Origin: Escherichia phage mogra
Strand: one strand, 5' to 3'
DNA: 64,000 nucleotides
Sequence record: MN850579.1
Shown here in pieces: positions 8,617-17,170 of the stretch (position 1 is the stretch's first letter; the number at the start of each line of letters is the position of its first letter). A program made the position numbers and the translations under genes. The notes under the pieces were generated by a model. The model searched no databases. It saw nothing but the letters and a program-made list of their open reading frames with translations, and was not told where the DNA came from.

Positions 8617-8872
8617 AGACATCAAAGGCTACAAGCCACATACCGACGATAAAATCAGTAAAGTGAACGCTATTAAAGATGCAGAAGTCCGTCTTGGATT
8701 GATGTTTGATGCTCTGATTGAAGAAGCATATATCTTTAAAGAAAATGAAACAGAGCAACAAACCAAAGAAGATATGGATGCAGTGCAGGCTCTTAAGTAT
8801 GCTAAGCAACATCTAAAAGAAGCCAGCATGTGGGCATGTCGTGCAGTATTTCGACCTGAGGAAAAATACTAA
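8606..8872 (+). CDS. hypothetical protein
   Basis: ATG 8606 after GAGGAAA; track start 8438 is internal to the upstream gene; 88 aa. Confidence 0.5.
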   Translation: MSIEDIKGYKPHTDDKISKVNAIKDAEVRLGLMFDALIEEAYIFKENETEQQTKEDMDAVQALKYAKQHLKEASMWACRAVFRPEEKY

Positions 8873-9171
8873 TGGCTCAAATCCTATCAGGCTTTGGAAC
8901 TCATTATGAAGCATCTAGACGCATAACTGAAAGCAATCCTTTTGGCCTTGTTCCGAAGCACAAGAAAATTCAAAGCCTTGATGACTTTGAGAACCGCCTA
9001 TGGGCCCTCTTTAATGAGTACAAGGCATATCTGAAAGAAGACGCTGACTATTGTCTTGAAGAAGATGAGATTGCGTATTACGAACAACGCCTTGAACAGC
9101 TCAAGAACTTCCGTCAGGTTCGTGACGAAGTATCTAAAGCAGTTAAAAAGTTAATTCCTTTCAAAGAGTAG
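8872..9171 (+). CDS. hypothetical protein
   Basis: TAATG-coupled start; 99 aa. Confidence 0.55.
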   Translation: MAQILSGFGTHYEASRRITESNPFGLVPKHKKIQSLDDFENRLWALFNEYKAYLKEDADYCLEEDEIAYYEQRLEQLKNFRQVRDEVSKAVKKLIPFKE

Positions 9172-9221
9172 TTTACTTCTCCTCTAGTTGTGTTACTATA
9201 GACTTGTCAACTAGAGGAGAA
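9171..9221 (+). promoter_or_regulatory. early-type promoter embedded in a 14-bp inverted repeat that can sequester the regB SD
   Basis: GTTTAC 9171-9176; arm TTCTCCTCTAGTTG 9177-9190; TACTAT 9194-9199; perfect complement CAACTAGAGGAGAA 9208-9221 includes the SD. Confidence 0.6.
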
Positions 9222-9227
9222 ATCAAA

Positions 9228-9686
9228 ATGACTATCAATTCGGAAGTTTTTATCCGCCGTAATAAACTCCGTCGAATCTTTGAAACGGAGTTCCGCAAAA
9301 TAAATGCCGGTATAAAAGATGCTGCAAAGTCTCTTGGACTACCAGGCTTTCATATCAAGTATTCTCAACATCTCTTAGATCGTGCCATCCAGAGAGAAAT
9401 AGATGAGAATTACGTTTTTGAATTATTTCATAAAGTAAAAAATCATGTTAAAGAAGTTGCAGAATTTTTATCAATGCCGGCACGTCCGGATGTTGATGAA
9501 GATTTTGTCGAAGGTGTCGAATATCGCCCAGGCCGTTTAGAAATAACTGATGGAAATCTTTGGTTAGGACTTACAGTTTGTCGCGAAAATCCAGCATTCA
9601 AAATGAAGACTCTTCAATGCAGAATGGCTATTATTAACAGTAAACGACTACCAGGAAAAGCTTCTAAAGCAGTGATTAAAATCTAG
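9228..9686 (+). CDS. regB: endoribonuclease RegB
   Basis: MTINSEVFIRRNKLRR...HIKYSQHLLDRAIQREIDE...LQCRMAIINSKRLPGKASKAVIK matches recalled T4 RegB; ATG 9228 after GAGGAG. Confidence 0.9.
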   Translation: MTINSEVFIRRNKLRRIFETEFRKINAGIKDAAKSLGLPGFHIKYSQHLLDRAIQREIDENYVFELFHKVKNHVKEVAEFLSMPARPDVDEDFVEGVEYRPGRLEITDGNLWLGLTVCRENPAFKMKTLQCRMAIINSKRLPGKASKAVIKI

Positions 9687-9694
9687 AGGTAAAC

Positions 9695-10237
9695 ATGAGA
9701 AAAGCACTACTCGCTGGTCTATTTGCTCTTTCGTTATCAGCACATAGCTCCGAGCATACTTTTAGTAATGTCCAACTCGATAACTTGAATTATGCTTATC
9801 AGTTTGGGGAACAGTTTTCTAAGGATGGAAAATTTAAAACGCATGAAAATATGCATAAGAAAGGACTTGGATACATAATGGCCGCAATACTATGGCAAGA
9901 ATCATCTGCCGGTATTAATCTTAAAGATAAGAAAGGTCACCATGCGTATGGAATGTTCCAAAACTATCTACCAACAATGAGGGCAAGAATTAACCAGCTT
10001 GGGTATAATATGACTGATGCCCAAATTAAGAAAATGCTATCTAAGCGGTCTAATTCAACCAGATGGGCTTATATCGAATTTTCTTATTGGTTAAATATAC
10101 ATAACGGGGATATAAGAAAAGCTATATCCTCATATAATGCTGGATGGAAGACAAGTGCTGGAAGTAAATATGCTTCTGAAGTCCTAGAAAAGGCTAATTA
10201 CCTTAAATCAAATAAACTACTGGAAATAAAAGAATGA
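9695..10237 (+). CDS. secreted lytic-transglycosylase-like protein
   Basis: Signal peptide MRKALLAGLFALSLSAHS; ESSAG and YNAGW motifs resembling SLT-domain catalytic regions. Confidence 0.5.
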   Translation: MRKALLAGLFALSLSAHSSEHTFSNVQLDNLNYAYQFGEQFSKDGKFKTHENMHKKGLGYIMAAILWQESSAGINLKDKKGHHAYGMFQNYLPTMRARINQLGYNMTDAQIKKMLSKRSNSTRWAYIEFSYWLNIHNGDIRKAISSYNAGWKTSAGSKYASEVLEKANYLKSNKLLEIKE

Positions 10238-10581
10238 CCAAAATGTTGGCTTTAATAGTTGGCTTGGTTTCATTTAACGCTCTTGCTAATACTACATATA
10301 CTGATGTAACGGAGTATACAAACAGAACGGCGTCTGATTATTGTGGTAAAAGTCAAGAGTGTAAAGTAGATTTTTCACAAAAATTGTTATACGCTTATAA
10401 AGACGGAGAAAAAGATGGGGCGTCTAGTAGGTTCAAGGCGTCTACCTTAATTAAAAGATACTATAAAAAATGGCAAATATTAGAATGCTCGGTGGCGGAA
10501 CCTAAAGATAAGGCAGCATGCAATTCTATGGTGGACCGTCTAGTTGACTCTTATAATAGAGGACTTGCAGCAAGTGATTAA
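10234..10581 (+). CDS. secreted small protein
   Basis: Signal peptide MTKMLALIVGLVSFNALA; 115 aa. Confidence 0.5.
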   Translation: MTKMLALIVGLVSFNALANTTYTDVTEYTNRTASDYCGKSQECKVDFSQKLLYAYKDGEKDGASSRFKASTLIKRYYKKWQILECSVAEPKDKAACNSMVDRLVDSYNRGLAASD

Positions 10582-11041
10582 AAACTATATCAAGGGCGAT
10601 ATTGTCGCCCTGTTTTCTAAAGGTAATAATATTGCTCATGGGTGTAATTGTTTTCATACAATGGGCGCTGGTGTGGCAGGGCAATTAGCAAAGGCTTATC
10701 CAAAAATTCTGGAAGCCGATAAACTTCAAACCGAATTCGGAGACAAGTCTAAACTCGGGACTTATTCGGTTTATGAAAAATATTTTAAGACCCATAAAGC
10801 TTATTGCTTTAATCTTTATACACAGTTTGAGCCGGGACCTAATTTTGAGTACTCTGCTTTAATGAATTGTATAATAGAATTAAATAAATTCGGAAAGAAT
10901 AAGATAACAAAGCCTGTAATTTATATGCCAAGAATTGGTGCAGGTATTGGTGGTGGAAACTGGGATGTCATCGAAGAGATTTTAGATACGTATTCCACTA
11001 AACTAGAAATTGTGATTGTTGATTGGGAACCGTTATTATGA
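10544..11041 (+). CDS. macro-domain protein (ADP-ribose binding / hydrolase fold)
   Basis: HGCNCFHTMGAGVAGQLAKA and PRIGAGIGGG resemble the two macro-domain glycine motifs; start uncertain (TTG 10544 or GTG 10574). Confidence 0.6.
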   Translation: MTLIIEDLQQVIKNYIKGDIVALFSKGNNIAHGCNCFHTMGAGVAGQLAKAYPKILEADKLQTEFGDKSKLGTYSVYEKYFKTHKAYCFNLYTQFEPGPNFEYSALMNCIIELNKFGKNKITKPVIYMPRIGAGIGGGNWDVIEEILDTYSTKLEIVIVDWEPLL

Positions 11042-11250
11042 ATATACATTATCCACATCCATATGATCCAAAGAATAAGGCAGTAATTATTCGTCAATGG
11101 GAACGCATTTGTCGTACCAAATGTCCAATTAATAGTCCACATGATGTAGATAAAGACTACATCGGAACATTCGTTGAATATACCTTTATTGATAAGAAAG
11201 GCCGTAAACAACATGTAGAAGAATATTGCTTAAAGGTGACATGGCTATGA
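11038..11250 (+). CDS. hypothetical protein
   Basis: ATG 11038 overlaps upstream stop (ATGA); 70 aa. Confidence 0.5.
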   Translation: MNIHYPHPYDPKNKAVIIRQWERICRTKCPINSPHDVDKDYIGTFVEYTFIDKKGRKQHVEEYCLKVTWL

Positions 11251-11453
11251 GTCAAACAAAAATTCTTACAGGTGCTAAATGCGAAAAATGCGAATGGCCT
11301 GTAGTTTTTGCTTTATGCAATGACGAAATGGCTTGTGATTTTGATTATTGGTGTTACTGTTCGAACAAAGGTTGTAGCAATCATAAAGGTGAAGGGTTTT
11401 ACTCAGGATTTTACCCTTACCCAGATTTCGTTAAAGAAGGTGAACCTAAATGA
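11241..11453 (+). CDS. cysteine-rich small protein
   Basis: CEKCEWP...CNDEMACDFDYWCYCSNKGCSNH cysteine cluster; start 11241 or 11247. Confidence 0.5.
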   Translation: MAMSQTKILTGAKCEKCEWPVVFALCNDEMACDFDYWCYCSNKGCSNHKGEGFYSGFYPYPDFVKEGEPK

Positions 11454-11632
11454 AATTAACTAAAGAAGAGAAAGCTAAACTGTTCGAACTTATCCATGAC
11501 CTATTGGATGAGCAAGCAGCCACCAATGCGTATGATGAATATGCTCCTTTGACGGACGAAGAATATCAAGCATTGTTGGAATCATTTGACAGGAAAGAAC
11601 AAGAACTCATTGACTACGTGAATTCACTATAA
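11450..11632 (+). CDS. hypothetical acidic protein
   Basis: ATGA overlap; 60 aa. Confidence 0.45.
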   Translation: MKLTKEEKAKLFELIHDLLDEQAATNAYDEYAPLTDEEYQALLESFDRKEQELIDYVNSL

Positions 11633-11641
11633 GGGACTCTT

Positions 11642-12223
11642 ATGGCTAGTTTAATTTTTACCTATGCCGCTATGAACGCTGGTAAGTCTGCTTCATTACT
11701 TACTGCCGCACATAACTATAAAGAACGTGGCATGGGTGTATTAGTTCTTAAACCGGCTATTGATACTCGCGATTCAAAAGGTGAAATAGTCTCTCGTATT
11801 GGTATTCGTCAGGACGCCAATATAATTACAAAAGACATGGATATCTTTGAATTCTATAAATGGGCTGCAGCACAAAAGGATATTCACTGCGTATTTGTTG
11901 ACGAAGCTCAGTTCTTAACTACTGAAAAGGTGTATCAACTTAGTCGTATTGTTGACGTATACAATGTGCCGGTAATGGCATATGGACTACGAACAGATTT
12001 TAAAGGTAATCTATTTGAAGGTTCTCAAGCATTAATGGCTATTGCCGATAAGCTTGTTGAACTTAAAGGGGTCTGTCATTGCGGTAAAAAGGCCACAATG
12101 GTAGCTAGAGTCACGGAAGACGGACTTCCAATTACAGATGGCAGTCAAATTGAAATTGGTGATACTGATAGATATGTGTCATTATGCCGGAAGCATTGGA
12201 ACGATTTGACAGGGTTGTTATAA
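11642..12223 (+). CDS. tk: thymidine kinase
   Basis: P-loop AMNAGKSASLL; C-terminal zinc motif CHCGKKA...C; matches recalled T4 Tk N-terminus MASLIFTYAAMNAGKSASLL. Confidence 0.93.
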   Translation: MASLIFTYAAMNAGKSASLLTAAHNYKERGMGVLVLKPAIDTRDSKGEIVSRIGIRQDANIITKDMDIFEFYKWAAAQKDIHCVFVDEAQFLTTEKVYQLSRIVDVYNVPVMAYGLRTDFKGNLFEGSQALMAIADKLVELKGVCHCGKKATMVARVTEDGLPITDGSQIEIGDTDRYVSLCRKHWNDLTGLL

Positions 12224-12250
12224 ATACTAATATCTAACCAAGAGGTATAT

Positions 12251-12463
12251 ATGCAGCAATTAAACGAAAGACAACTTCGTAATCTTACTGTAACCCAATT
12301 GGATGAAATCCGAAGAGAATTAGGACATTCTATTTCTCATTTAAACGAGGATATCCGTCAAACTGGTTCTAAAGCTGATTATACACGCAAGCGCAAGCTG
12401 GAAAAATACCTCGCAGATGTTAAGGCCGTCCAAAGGCGAAAAATAAATACTGGCCAAAATTAA
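12251..12463 (+). CDS. hypothetical protein
   Basis: GAGG RBS; 70 aa basic protein. Confidence 0.5.
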   Translation: MQQLNERQLRNLTVTQLDEIRRELGHSISHLNEDIRQTGSKADYTRKRKLEKYLADVKAVQRRKINTGQN

Positions 12464-12475
12464 CAGGAGGCCTAT

Positions 12476-12778
12476 ATGGCCTTAAGAGCGATAGCTGTCA
12501 TGGCGATGCTGGGGTTTTTTGCAGCAACAACTCCTATCGTTGGTACTGCATATATCGACCCATATTTTGATAACTTTATGGAATCAGGGATTAAAAACGT
12601 ATATACTTTGTTTGAAATTCAAAATGTCGAGAATTCTGAAAAATTCTATAAGTATATGGCAAAGCATTACAAAAATAGTCCCTGTGATGATGCATTTGAA
12701 TGTCATGAACAAGGCATAAAAACTGCCAGACAATTTGCCGAGTTCATGAAAATAAAATTAGAGCCTACATCTATCTAA
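12476..12778 (+). CDS. rI: lysis-inhibition regulator RI (antiholin)
   Basis: Signal-anchor MALRAIAVMAMLGFFAA then ...DPYFDNFMESGI...KNSPCDDAFECHEQG resembling recalled T4 RI; directly downstream of tk. Confidence 0.8.
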   Translation: MALRAIAVMAMLGFFAATTPIVGTAYIDPYFDNFMESGIKNVYTLFEIQNVENSEKFYKYMAKHYKNSPCDDAFECHEQGIKTARQFAEFMKIKLEPTSI

Positions 12779-12784
12779 TTTACT

Positions 12785-12813
12785 AGCCCCTTCCGAAAGG
12801 TCGGGGCTTTTTG
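12785..12813 (+). terminator. intrinsic terminator
   Basis: Hairpin AGCCCC...GGGGCT followed by TTTTT. Confidence 0.6.
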
Positions 12814-12823
12814 GCATCTATCA

Positions 12824-12875
12824 GTTTACTTCTCCTCAGGTTGTGTTATAGTAAACCTTACTTACTAGAGGAGAA
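12824..12875 (+). promoter_or_regulatory. early-type promoter with SD-complementary upstream arm
   Basis: GTTTAC 12824-12829; arm TTCTCCTC 12830-12837; TATAGT 12847-12852; complement GAGGAGAA 12868-12875. Confidence 0.5.
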
Positions 12876-12879
12876 CGTT

Positions 12880-13059
12880 ATGTCACGTAAAGAAAAAATT
12901 TCTAAGTTAATGTTTTTGATTGAAGAGTACGCTAATGCGGTATCTGATTGGGAAAATGCTCATGGTTGCGAAGATGGAGACATCGACATTAACAGAGCTA
13001 TGAAAAAGATGGCCGACGCCCACACCGAATTGCAAATGTATGTTAACGAGATTATGTGA
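12880..13059 (+). CDS. hypothetical protein
   Basis: ATG 12880 after GAGGAG; track start 12811 lies inside the promoter; 59 aa. Confidence 0.5.
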   Translation: MSRKEKISKLMFLIEEYANAVSDWENAHGCEDGDIDINRAMKKMADAHTELQMYVNEIM

Positions 13060-13066
13060 GGATATT

Positions 13067-13276
13067 ATGCTTTACGATTATACTGGAAAATCTGAAGACG
13101 GTGTACTTGAACTTTTACCTGAAAGCGCTGAAGATGACGATATGGCGACGGTGATGTTTTGTAAAAATGGTCCCGGGGATAAGGGATGGATTTATCTTCG
13201 CCAAGAAAATGACCTAATTGTTTTAGACCCTAAACAAGTTGAAGAACTTTATCAACATTTAAAACACAATCGGTAG
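13067..13276 (+). CDS. hypothetical acidic protein
   Basis: ATG 13067 four nt after GAGGA; 69 aa. Confidence 0.5.
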   Translation: MLYDYTGKSEDGVLELLPESAEDDDMATVMFCKNGPGDKGWIYLRQENDLIVLDPKQVEELYQHLKHNR

Positions 13277-13312
13277 TTTACATCTTGGTAGGACTATGTT
13301 ATAGTAGTCCTA
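13276..13312 (+). promoter_or_regulatory. early-type promoter with palindromic -10 region
   Basis: GTTTAC 13276-13281; arms TAGGACTA 13289-13296 / TAGTCCTA 13305-13312; TATAGT 13300-13305. Confidence 0.55.
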
Positions 13313-13333
13313 TCAAAACGAACGGAGAACAAA

Positions 13334-13444
13334 ATGAAACTTTTGCTTATCGCTTATGTTGTAGTACAATACAATTATCCGATGTTTACTTATAACATGG
13401 TAAACGGCATAGTGAATCTTATTGAAACGAGTATGGTAAAATGA
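13334..13444 (+). CDS. very small hydrophobic ORF (36 aa)
   Basis: GGAGAA RBS then ATG 13334; stop overlaps next ATG (ATGA); not in supplied track. Confidence 0.25.
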   Translation: MKLLLIAYVVVQYNYPMFTYNMVNGIVNLIETSMVK

Positions 13445-13620
13445 CCCGTGAACAAGCTAATAAATTGATGGACCTTATCCGTGACCTACGTGAAGCCGAT
13501 TCAGATTTGAATGATGTAGCTTATCATGCGGTAAATGATAACGGAGACTTTTATGAAAATCAGGTTGACGCTTGTCAGAAGGCTTTGGTGAATTTTGTTG
13601 AAACTTTAATTGGTGAATAA
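13441..13620 (+). CDS. hypothetical protein (59 aa)
   Basis: ATG 13441; MTREQANKLMDLIRDLREADSD...; below track size cut-off. Confidence 0.4.
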   Translation: MTREQANKLMDLIRDLREADSDLNDVAYHAVNDNGDFYENQVDACQKALVNFVETLIGE

Positions 13621-13621
13621 T

Positions 13622-14152
13622 ATGAAAACTGTAATTGAAACAACCGAGTTGTTTGGCGATTTATGTATCGAAAAACGTGGTTATGCTTACGTTCTGACAC
13701 AAGAAGATGATGCTGTTACTATTCTTCCTATGGAACTGGACAAGATTTTGAAACTCAATCCGCCCGGCCATGCATCTGTAATTAACATTGATGAAGACCT
13801 TCAAGTTCGTTTTTATCACGGTCTTTATAGTGGGGTTAATATCGAAACAGAAGATGAATGCCTTTCTATCAATAATTGGAAAACATTCGTCTCTAAGGTG
13901 AAAGAATTCATAGAATCTGAAACTGCCAAAAAGGCCAAACTTCAATGGGCTAAATGCCGTAATGCTTTTATTACAAATCAGGACCGCCCTGACTATACAA
14001 CAGTCCTAGGCGTTAATCCTTCTTATGAAGACGGTGATGTCGTAGTTATTCGCCAAACTGATGACCTTCGTCAACATATCATTACATTAGACAAAGATGA
14101 AGCAGTTGCTCTTAAAGCTTATCTCGATTCTATTATCCCAACTTTGAAATAA
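13622..14152 (+). CDS. hypothetical protein
   Basis: TAATATG-coupled ATG 13622; 176 aa. Confidence 0.6.
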   Translation: MKTVIETTELFGDLCIEKRGYAYVLTQEDDAVTILPMELDKILKLNPPGHASVINIDEDLQVRFYHGLYSGVNIETEDECLSINNWKTFVSKVKEFIESETAKKAKLQWAKCRNAFITNQDRPDYTTVLGVNPSYEDGDVVVIRQTDDLRQHIITLDKDEAVALKAYLDSIIPTLK

Positions 14153-14161
14153 GGAATTATT

Positions 14162-14635
14162 ATGATTATCAATGAAAACTCTTGGCACTTTAAAATTTAT
14201 GCCGCGTTCAATAGTACATGGAATCGCCCGAAAACGTTGTGTGCTTATTTTTGGAAAACGTTAATCCCGGTATTGGCTGTTTCAATTATTGGATTTGCGA
14301 TTTTAGCAGCAGTCACAATCATTGGCCAGGAAATTTTAACTAAATTCTTTGTTTTTAGCAGTCTATGGACATTAGTTCCGGCCTCAATTGGTGTAGGCAT
14401 TTTAATTGTAGCAGTCATGGCTTTTATTGCTACAGGGTTAGTAATTGGTCCGTCTTGGCTGTTAGACAAATATAACGACAGAAAATATTATAAAGAAATT
14501 GAGCTCATTGCGCAAAACCAAGAACGAATTAAAAATGGACTTGAGCCTATTGAACGTAAGAAATCATTAATAGGCGAATACCTTAAAGCTCGTAAAGAAA
14601 AAGTCTGTCCTACTCTTGAATATAAGGCTAAATGA
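14162..14635 (+). CDS. membrane protein
   Basis: Three hydrophobic helices; 157 aa. Confidence 0.6.
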   Translation: MIINENSWHFKIYAAFNSTWNRPKTLCAYFWKTLIPVLAVSIIGFAILAAVTIIGQEILTKFFVFSSLWTLVPASIGVGILIVAVMAFIATGLVIGPSWLLDKYNDRKYYKEIELIAQNQERIKNGLEPIERKKSLIGEYLKARKEKVCPTLEYKAK

Positions 14636-15621
14636 TGAAAACAATTATGAAAGGCTACTTTGGTAGCCACCTTTATGGAACGTCTACTCCTGAATCTGAC
14701 GTCGATTTTAAAGAAATTTATGTCCCTCATGCTCGTGATATCTTGACCGGTAACGTTAAAGAACACATGAGCAAGAACACGAATAACACATCTTCTAAGA
14801 ACACAAAAGACGACGTGGACCATGAGTTGTATAGTCTCAAATATTTCTTTAAACTAGCTGCGGATGGTGAAACTGTCGCATTAGATATGCTTCACACTCC
14901 ACAAAGTCTAGTAGTTAAATCTGATTTGCCTGATGTATGGAAGTATATTCAAGATAACAGGTCTCGTTTCTATACCACTAACATGAAATCTTATTTAGGG
15001 TATGTCCGTAAGCAAGCTTCTAAATACGGTGTCAAGGGTTCTCGACTGGCTGTTCTTCGTCAAGCCCTTAAACGTTCTAATGAATGGGGACAATACTTTG
15101 ATAATGGCGCAGTAATTCGTTTATCACATATGAAGAATGTTCTGCCTGTAGGTGAATTTGCTTCGTGGGTTGAAACTGAAAACGAGAAAACAGGTAAGCA
15201 AACATTCTATAATCTGTTGGACCGTAAATTCCAAGACACATTAACCAATAAAGAGTTCAATGCCATCCTGGTTAAACTAGAAGAGAACTATGGCGAACGT
15301 GCTCGTAAGGCAGAAGCTAACGAAGGTATTGACTGGAAAGCATTGAGTCATGCATGTCGTGGTGGACTTCAATTATTGGAAATTTACAAAACCGGCGACC
15401 TGGTTTACCCACTTCAGGATGCTCCATTTATTCTCGATGTTAAGCTTGGTAAACATACGTTTAAAACTGTACAAGAATTCCTAGAAGATATTGTTGACCA
15501 AGTTGAACAAGCATCAGAAAAAGCCGCTAAGAACGGTATGCAACAAAAAGTAGATATGAGTTTCTGGGACGACTTCCTTGAACAAGTCTATCTCGAAAAT
15601 CATAATTCTTACTATAAATAA
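14632..15621 (+). CDS. nucleotidyltransferase-fold protein (Pol-beta superfamily-like)
   Basis: N-terminal GS...D-x-D signature (YFGSHLYGTSTPESDVDF); 329 aa. Confidence 0.5.
   Translation: MMKTIMKGYFGSHLYGTSTPESDVDFKEIYVPHARDILTGNVKEHMSKNTNNTSSKNTKDDVDHELYSLKYFFKLAADGETVALDMLHTPQSLVVKSDLPDVWKYIQDNRSRFYTTNMKSYLGYVRKQASKYGVKGSRLAVLRQALKRSNEWGQYFDNGAVIRLSHMKNVLPVGEFASWVETENEKTGKQTFYNLLDRKFQDTLTNKEFNAILVKLEENYGERARKAEANEGIDWKALSHACRGGLQLLEIYKTGDLVYPLQDAPFILDVKLGKHTFKTVQEFLEDIVDQVEQASEKAAKNGMQQKVDMSFWDDFLEQVYLENHNSYYK
15613..15620 (+). promoter_or_regulatory. late-promoter-like box TATAAATA
   Basis: Exact TATAAATA about 33 nt upstream of ATG 15653. Confidence 0.4.
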
Positions 15622-15652
15622 ATAGATAAATAACCATTAACTTGAGGTAAAT

Positions 15653-15934
15653 ATGAAAAAATTAGTAATTGGTTTATTCGCAGTAATGATGGCATTCTCT
15701 GTTGGTGCTACCACAGGTGCAACCGGCGGTAGTGCAGGAGCTGGTGGTAACCAGTCTTCTGGGCCTTCCAATGGTTCGGTAAATGCATCACATTCTCAGG
15801 GTATTGAGAATATCAGATCAAGCTATATTAATAGCACGGCCGGACAAGCAACTGAAGCATGGTCAAAGGGCCGAGTAGTTACTCGCTCCGTATTCTGTGA
15901 TATGCCTAATTATGTTGCTAAGTGCGATAAGTAA
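15653..15934 (+). CDS. secreted Gly/Ser-rich small protein
   Basis: Signal peptide MKKLVIGLFAVMMAFSVGA; Gly/Ser-rich mature region; 93 aa. Confidence 0.55.
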   Translation: MKKLVIGLFAVMMAFSVGATTGATGGSAGAGGNQSSGPSNGSVNASHSQGIENIRSSYINSTAGQATEAWSKGRVVTRSVFCDMPNYVAKCDK

Positions 15935-15938
15935 ATGT

Positions 15939-15958
15939 GGGGACCTTCGGGTCCCTTT
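15939..15958 (+). terminator. intrinsic terminator
   Basis: GGGGACC-TTCG-GGTCCC hairpin followed by TTT. Confidence 0.6.
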
Positions 15959-16052
15959 AGGGGGTTAAAATATTTTTAAAAAGTAGTGTACATGCTTTTA
16001 GGATATGTTATTATAGACCTATCGAAACGAAATGAGTAAATTGGAGAATAAA

Positions 16053-17033
16053 ATGTTCAACGTTCAAATCAAAAAAGGTATCTATCGTAATAACGAAATC
16101 TCTGGTTCTTATGTTGCCACAAAGACCTGGTTCCCGGCAAAGCTTAATCCTGAATGTTCCCACTTAGGTGATGGTAAAATTTTCGTTATGATTGATGGTT
16201 CTGAACGTGGAGTATGGGTCTTCAAATCAGACATCGTAATGGAAGGAGTTGAGACGTCACCAGTTGCAGTTATTGAAAGCACTGAAGATATGAAAACTCG
16301 TATCAACAAACGCTTTAAAGTAATGAACATGATGACGAATGGCATTATCGATGGCAAAATTCGTTCACTCATTATTTCAGGTGCAGCTGGTATTGGTAAG
16401 ACGTATTCTCTGGATAAAGCACTTAATAATGCTAATGATAACGGTTTCATCAAATACAAAAGCATTAATGGTAAAATCTCCGGTATTGGCCTTTACGAAC
16501 AACTTTGGCTCAACCGTGATGCAGACAGCGTTCTCTTAATCGACGACGTTGACGTATTCTCAGATATGGACATCTTGAACCTTCTTAAAGCAGCATTAGA
16601 TACCGGCGATAAACGCAAAGTTTGTTGGAGCACTGCGTCATCTTATCTCGAGGATAAGGGTATTGATAAAGAATTTGAGTTTGAAGGTACTATCGTTTTC
16701 ATTACAAACGTTGATATCGATAAAGAGTTAGAACGGGGTTCGAAACTTGCTCCACACCTTCAAGCTTTAGTATCTCGTTCAGTGTATCTCGACCTTGGAG
16801 TACACTCTAATGAAGAGATTATGGTTCGAGTTGAAGATGTAATATTATCTACTGACATGATGCAGAAACGTGGCCTGACGGATGCAGAAACGTACAAAGC
16901 ATTGTCCTGGATGAAGGCTAATGTATCTCGTCTTCGCAATGTATCATTACGTACCGCTCTTTATGTAGCAGATTTTATTTCAACTGATAAAGATGGTTGG
17001 GAGGAAATCTCTGAAGTAACTTTACTGAAATAA
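16053..17033 (+). CDS. P-loop ATPase (AAA-like)
   Basis: Walker A ISGAAGIGKTYS; Walker B VLLIDDVD; ATG 16053 after GGAGAA. Confidence 0.6.
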   Translation: MFNVQIKKGIYRNNEISGSYVATKTWFPAKLNPECSHLGDGKIFVMIDGSERGVWVFKSDIVMEGVETSPVAVIESTEDMKTRINKRFKVMNMMTNGIIDGKIRSLIISGAAGIGKTYSLDKALNNANDNGFIKYKSINGKISGIGLYEQLWLNRDADSVLLIDDVDVFSDMDILNLLKAALDTGDKRKVCWSTASSYLEDKGIDKEFEFEGTIVFITNVDIDKELERGSKLAPHLQALVSRSVYLDLGVHSNEEIMVRVEDVILSTDMMQKRGLTDAETYKALSWMKANVSRLRNVSLRTALYVADFISTDKDGWEEISEVTLLK

Positions 17034-17170
17034 GCTTATAGGAAGTTCTGAGGTAACAAAAGCCATAAAGATGAATAATCATATGGCTTACCTCAAAGAA
17101 GGACACCAGGAACCTACTGAGGGCATAGAAATATTTAAAATAATGATGTACAAATCAAAGAGGATATGTT

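Noticed and set aside
12811-13059. ORF-track N-terminal extensions (also at 1067, 4562, 5387, 9204, 13610, 28147, 28880, 54243, 55094, 61659, 63203) using TTG/GTG/ATG inside promoter or leader sequence
   Set aside because: In each case a downstream ATG with a proper SD, often coupled to the upstream stop, gives the N-terminus matching known proteins; extensions run through -35/-10 elements.
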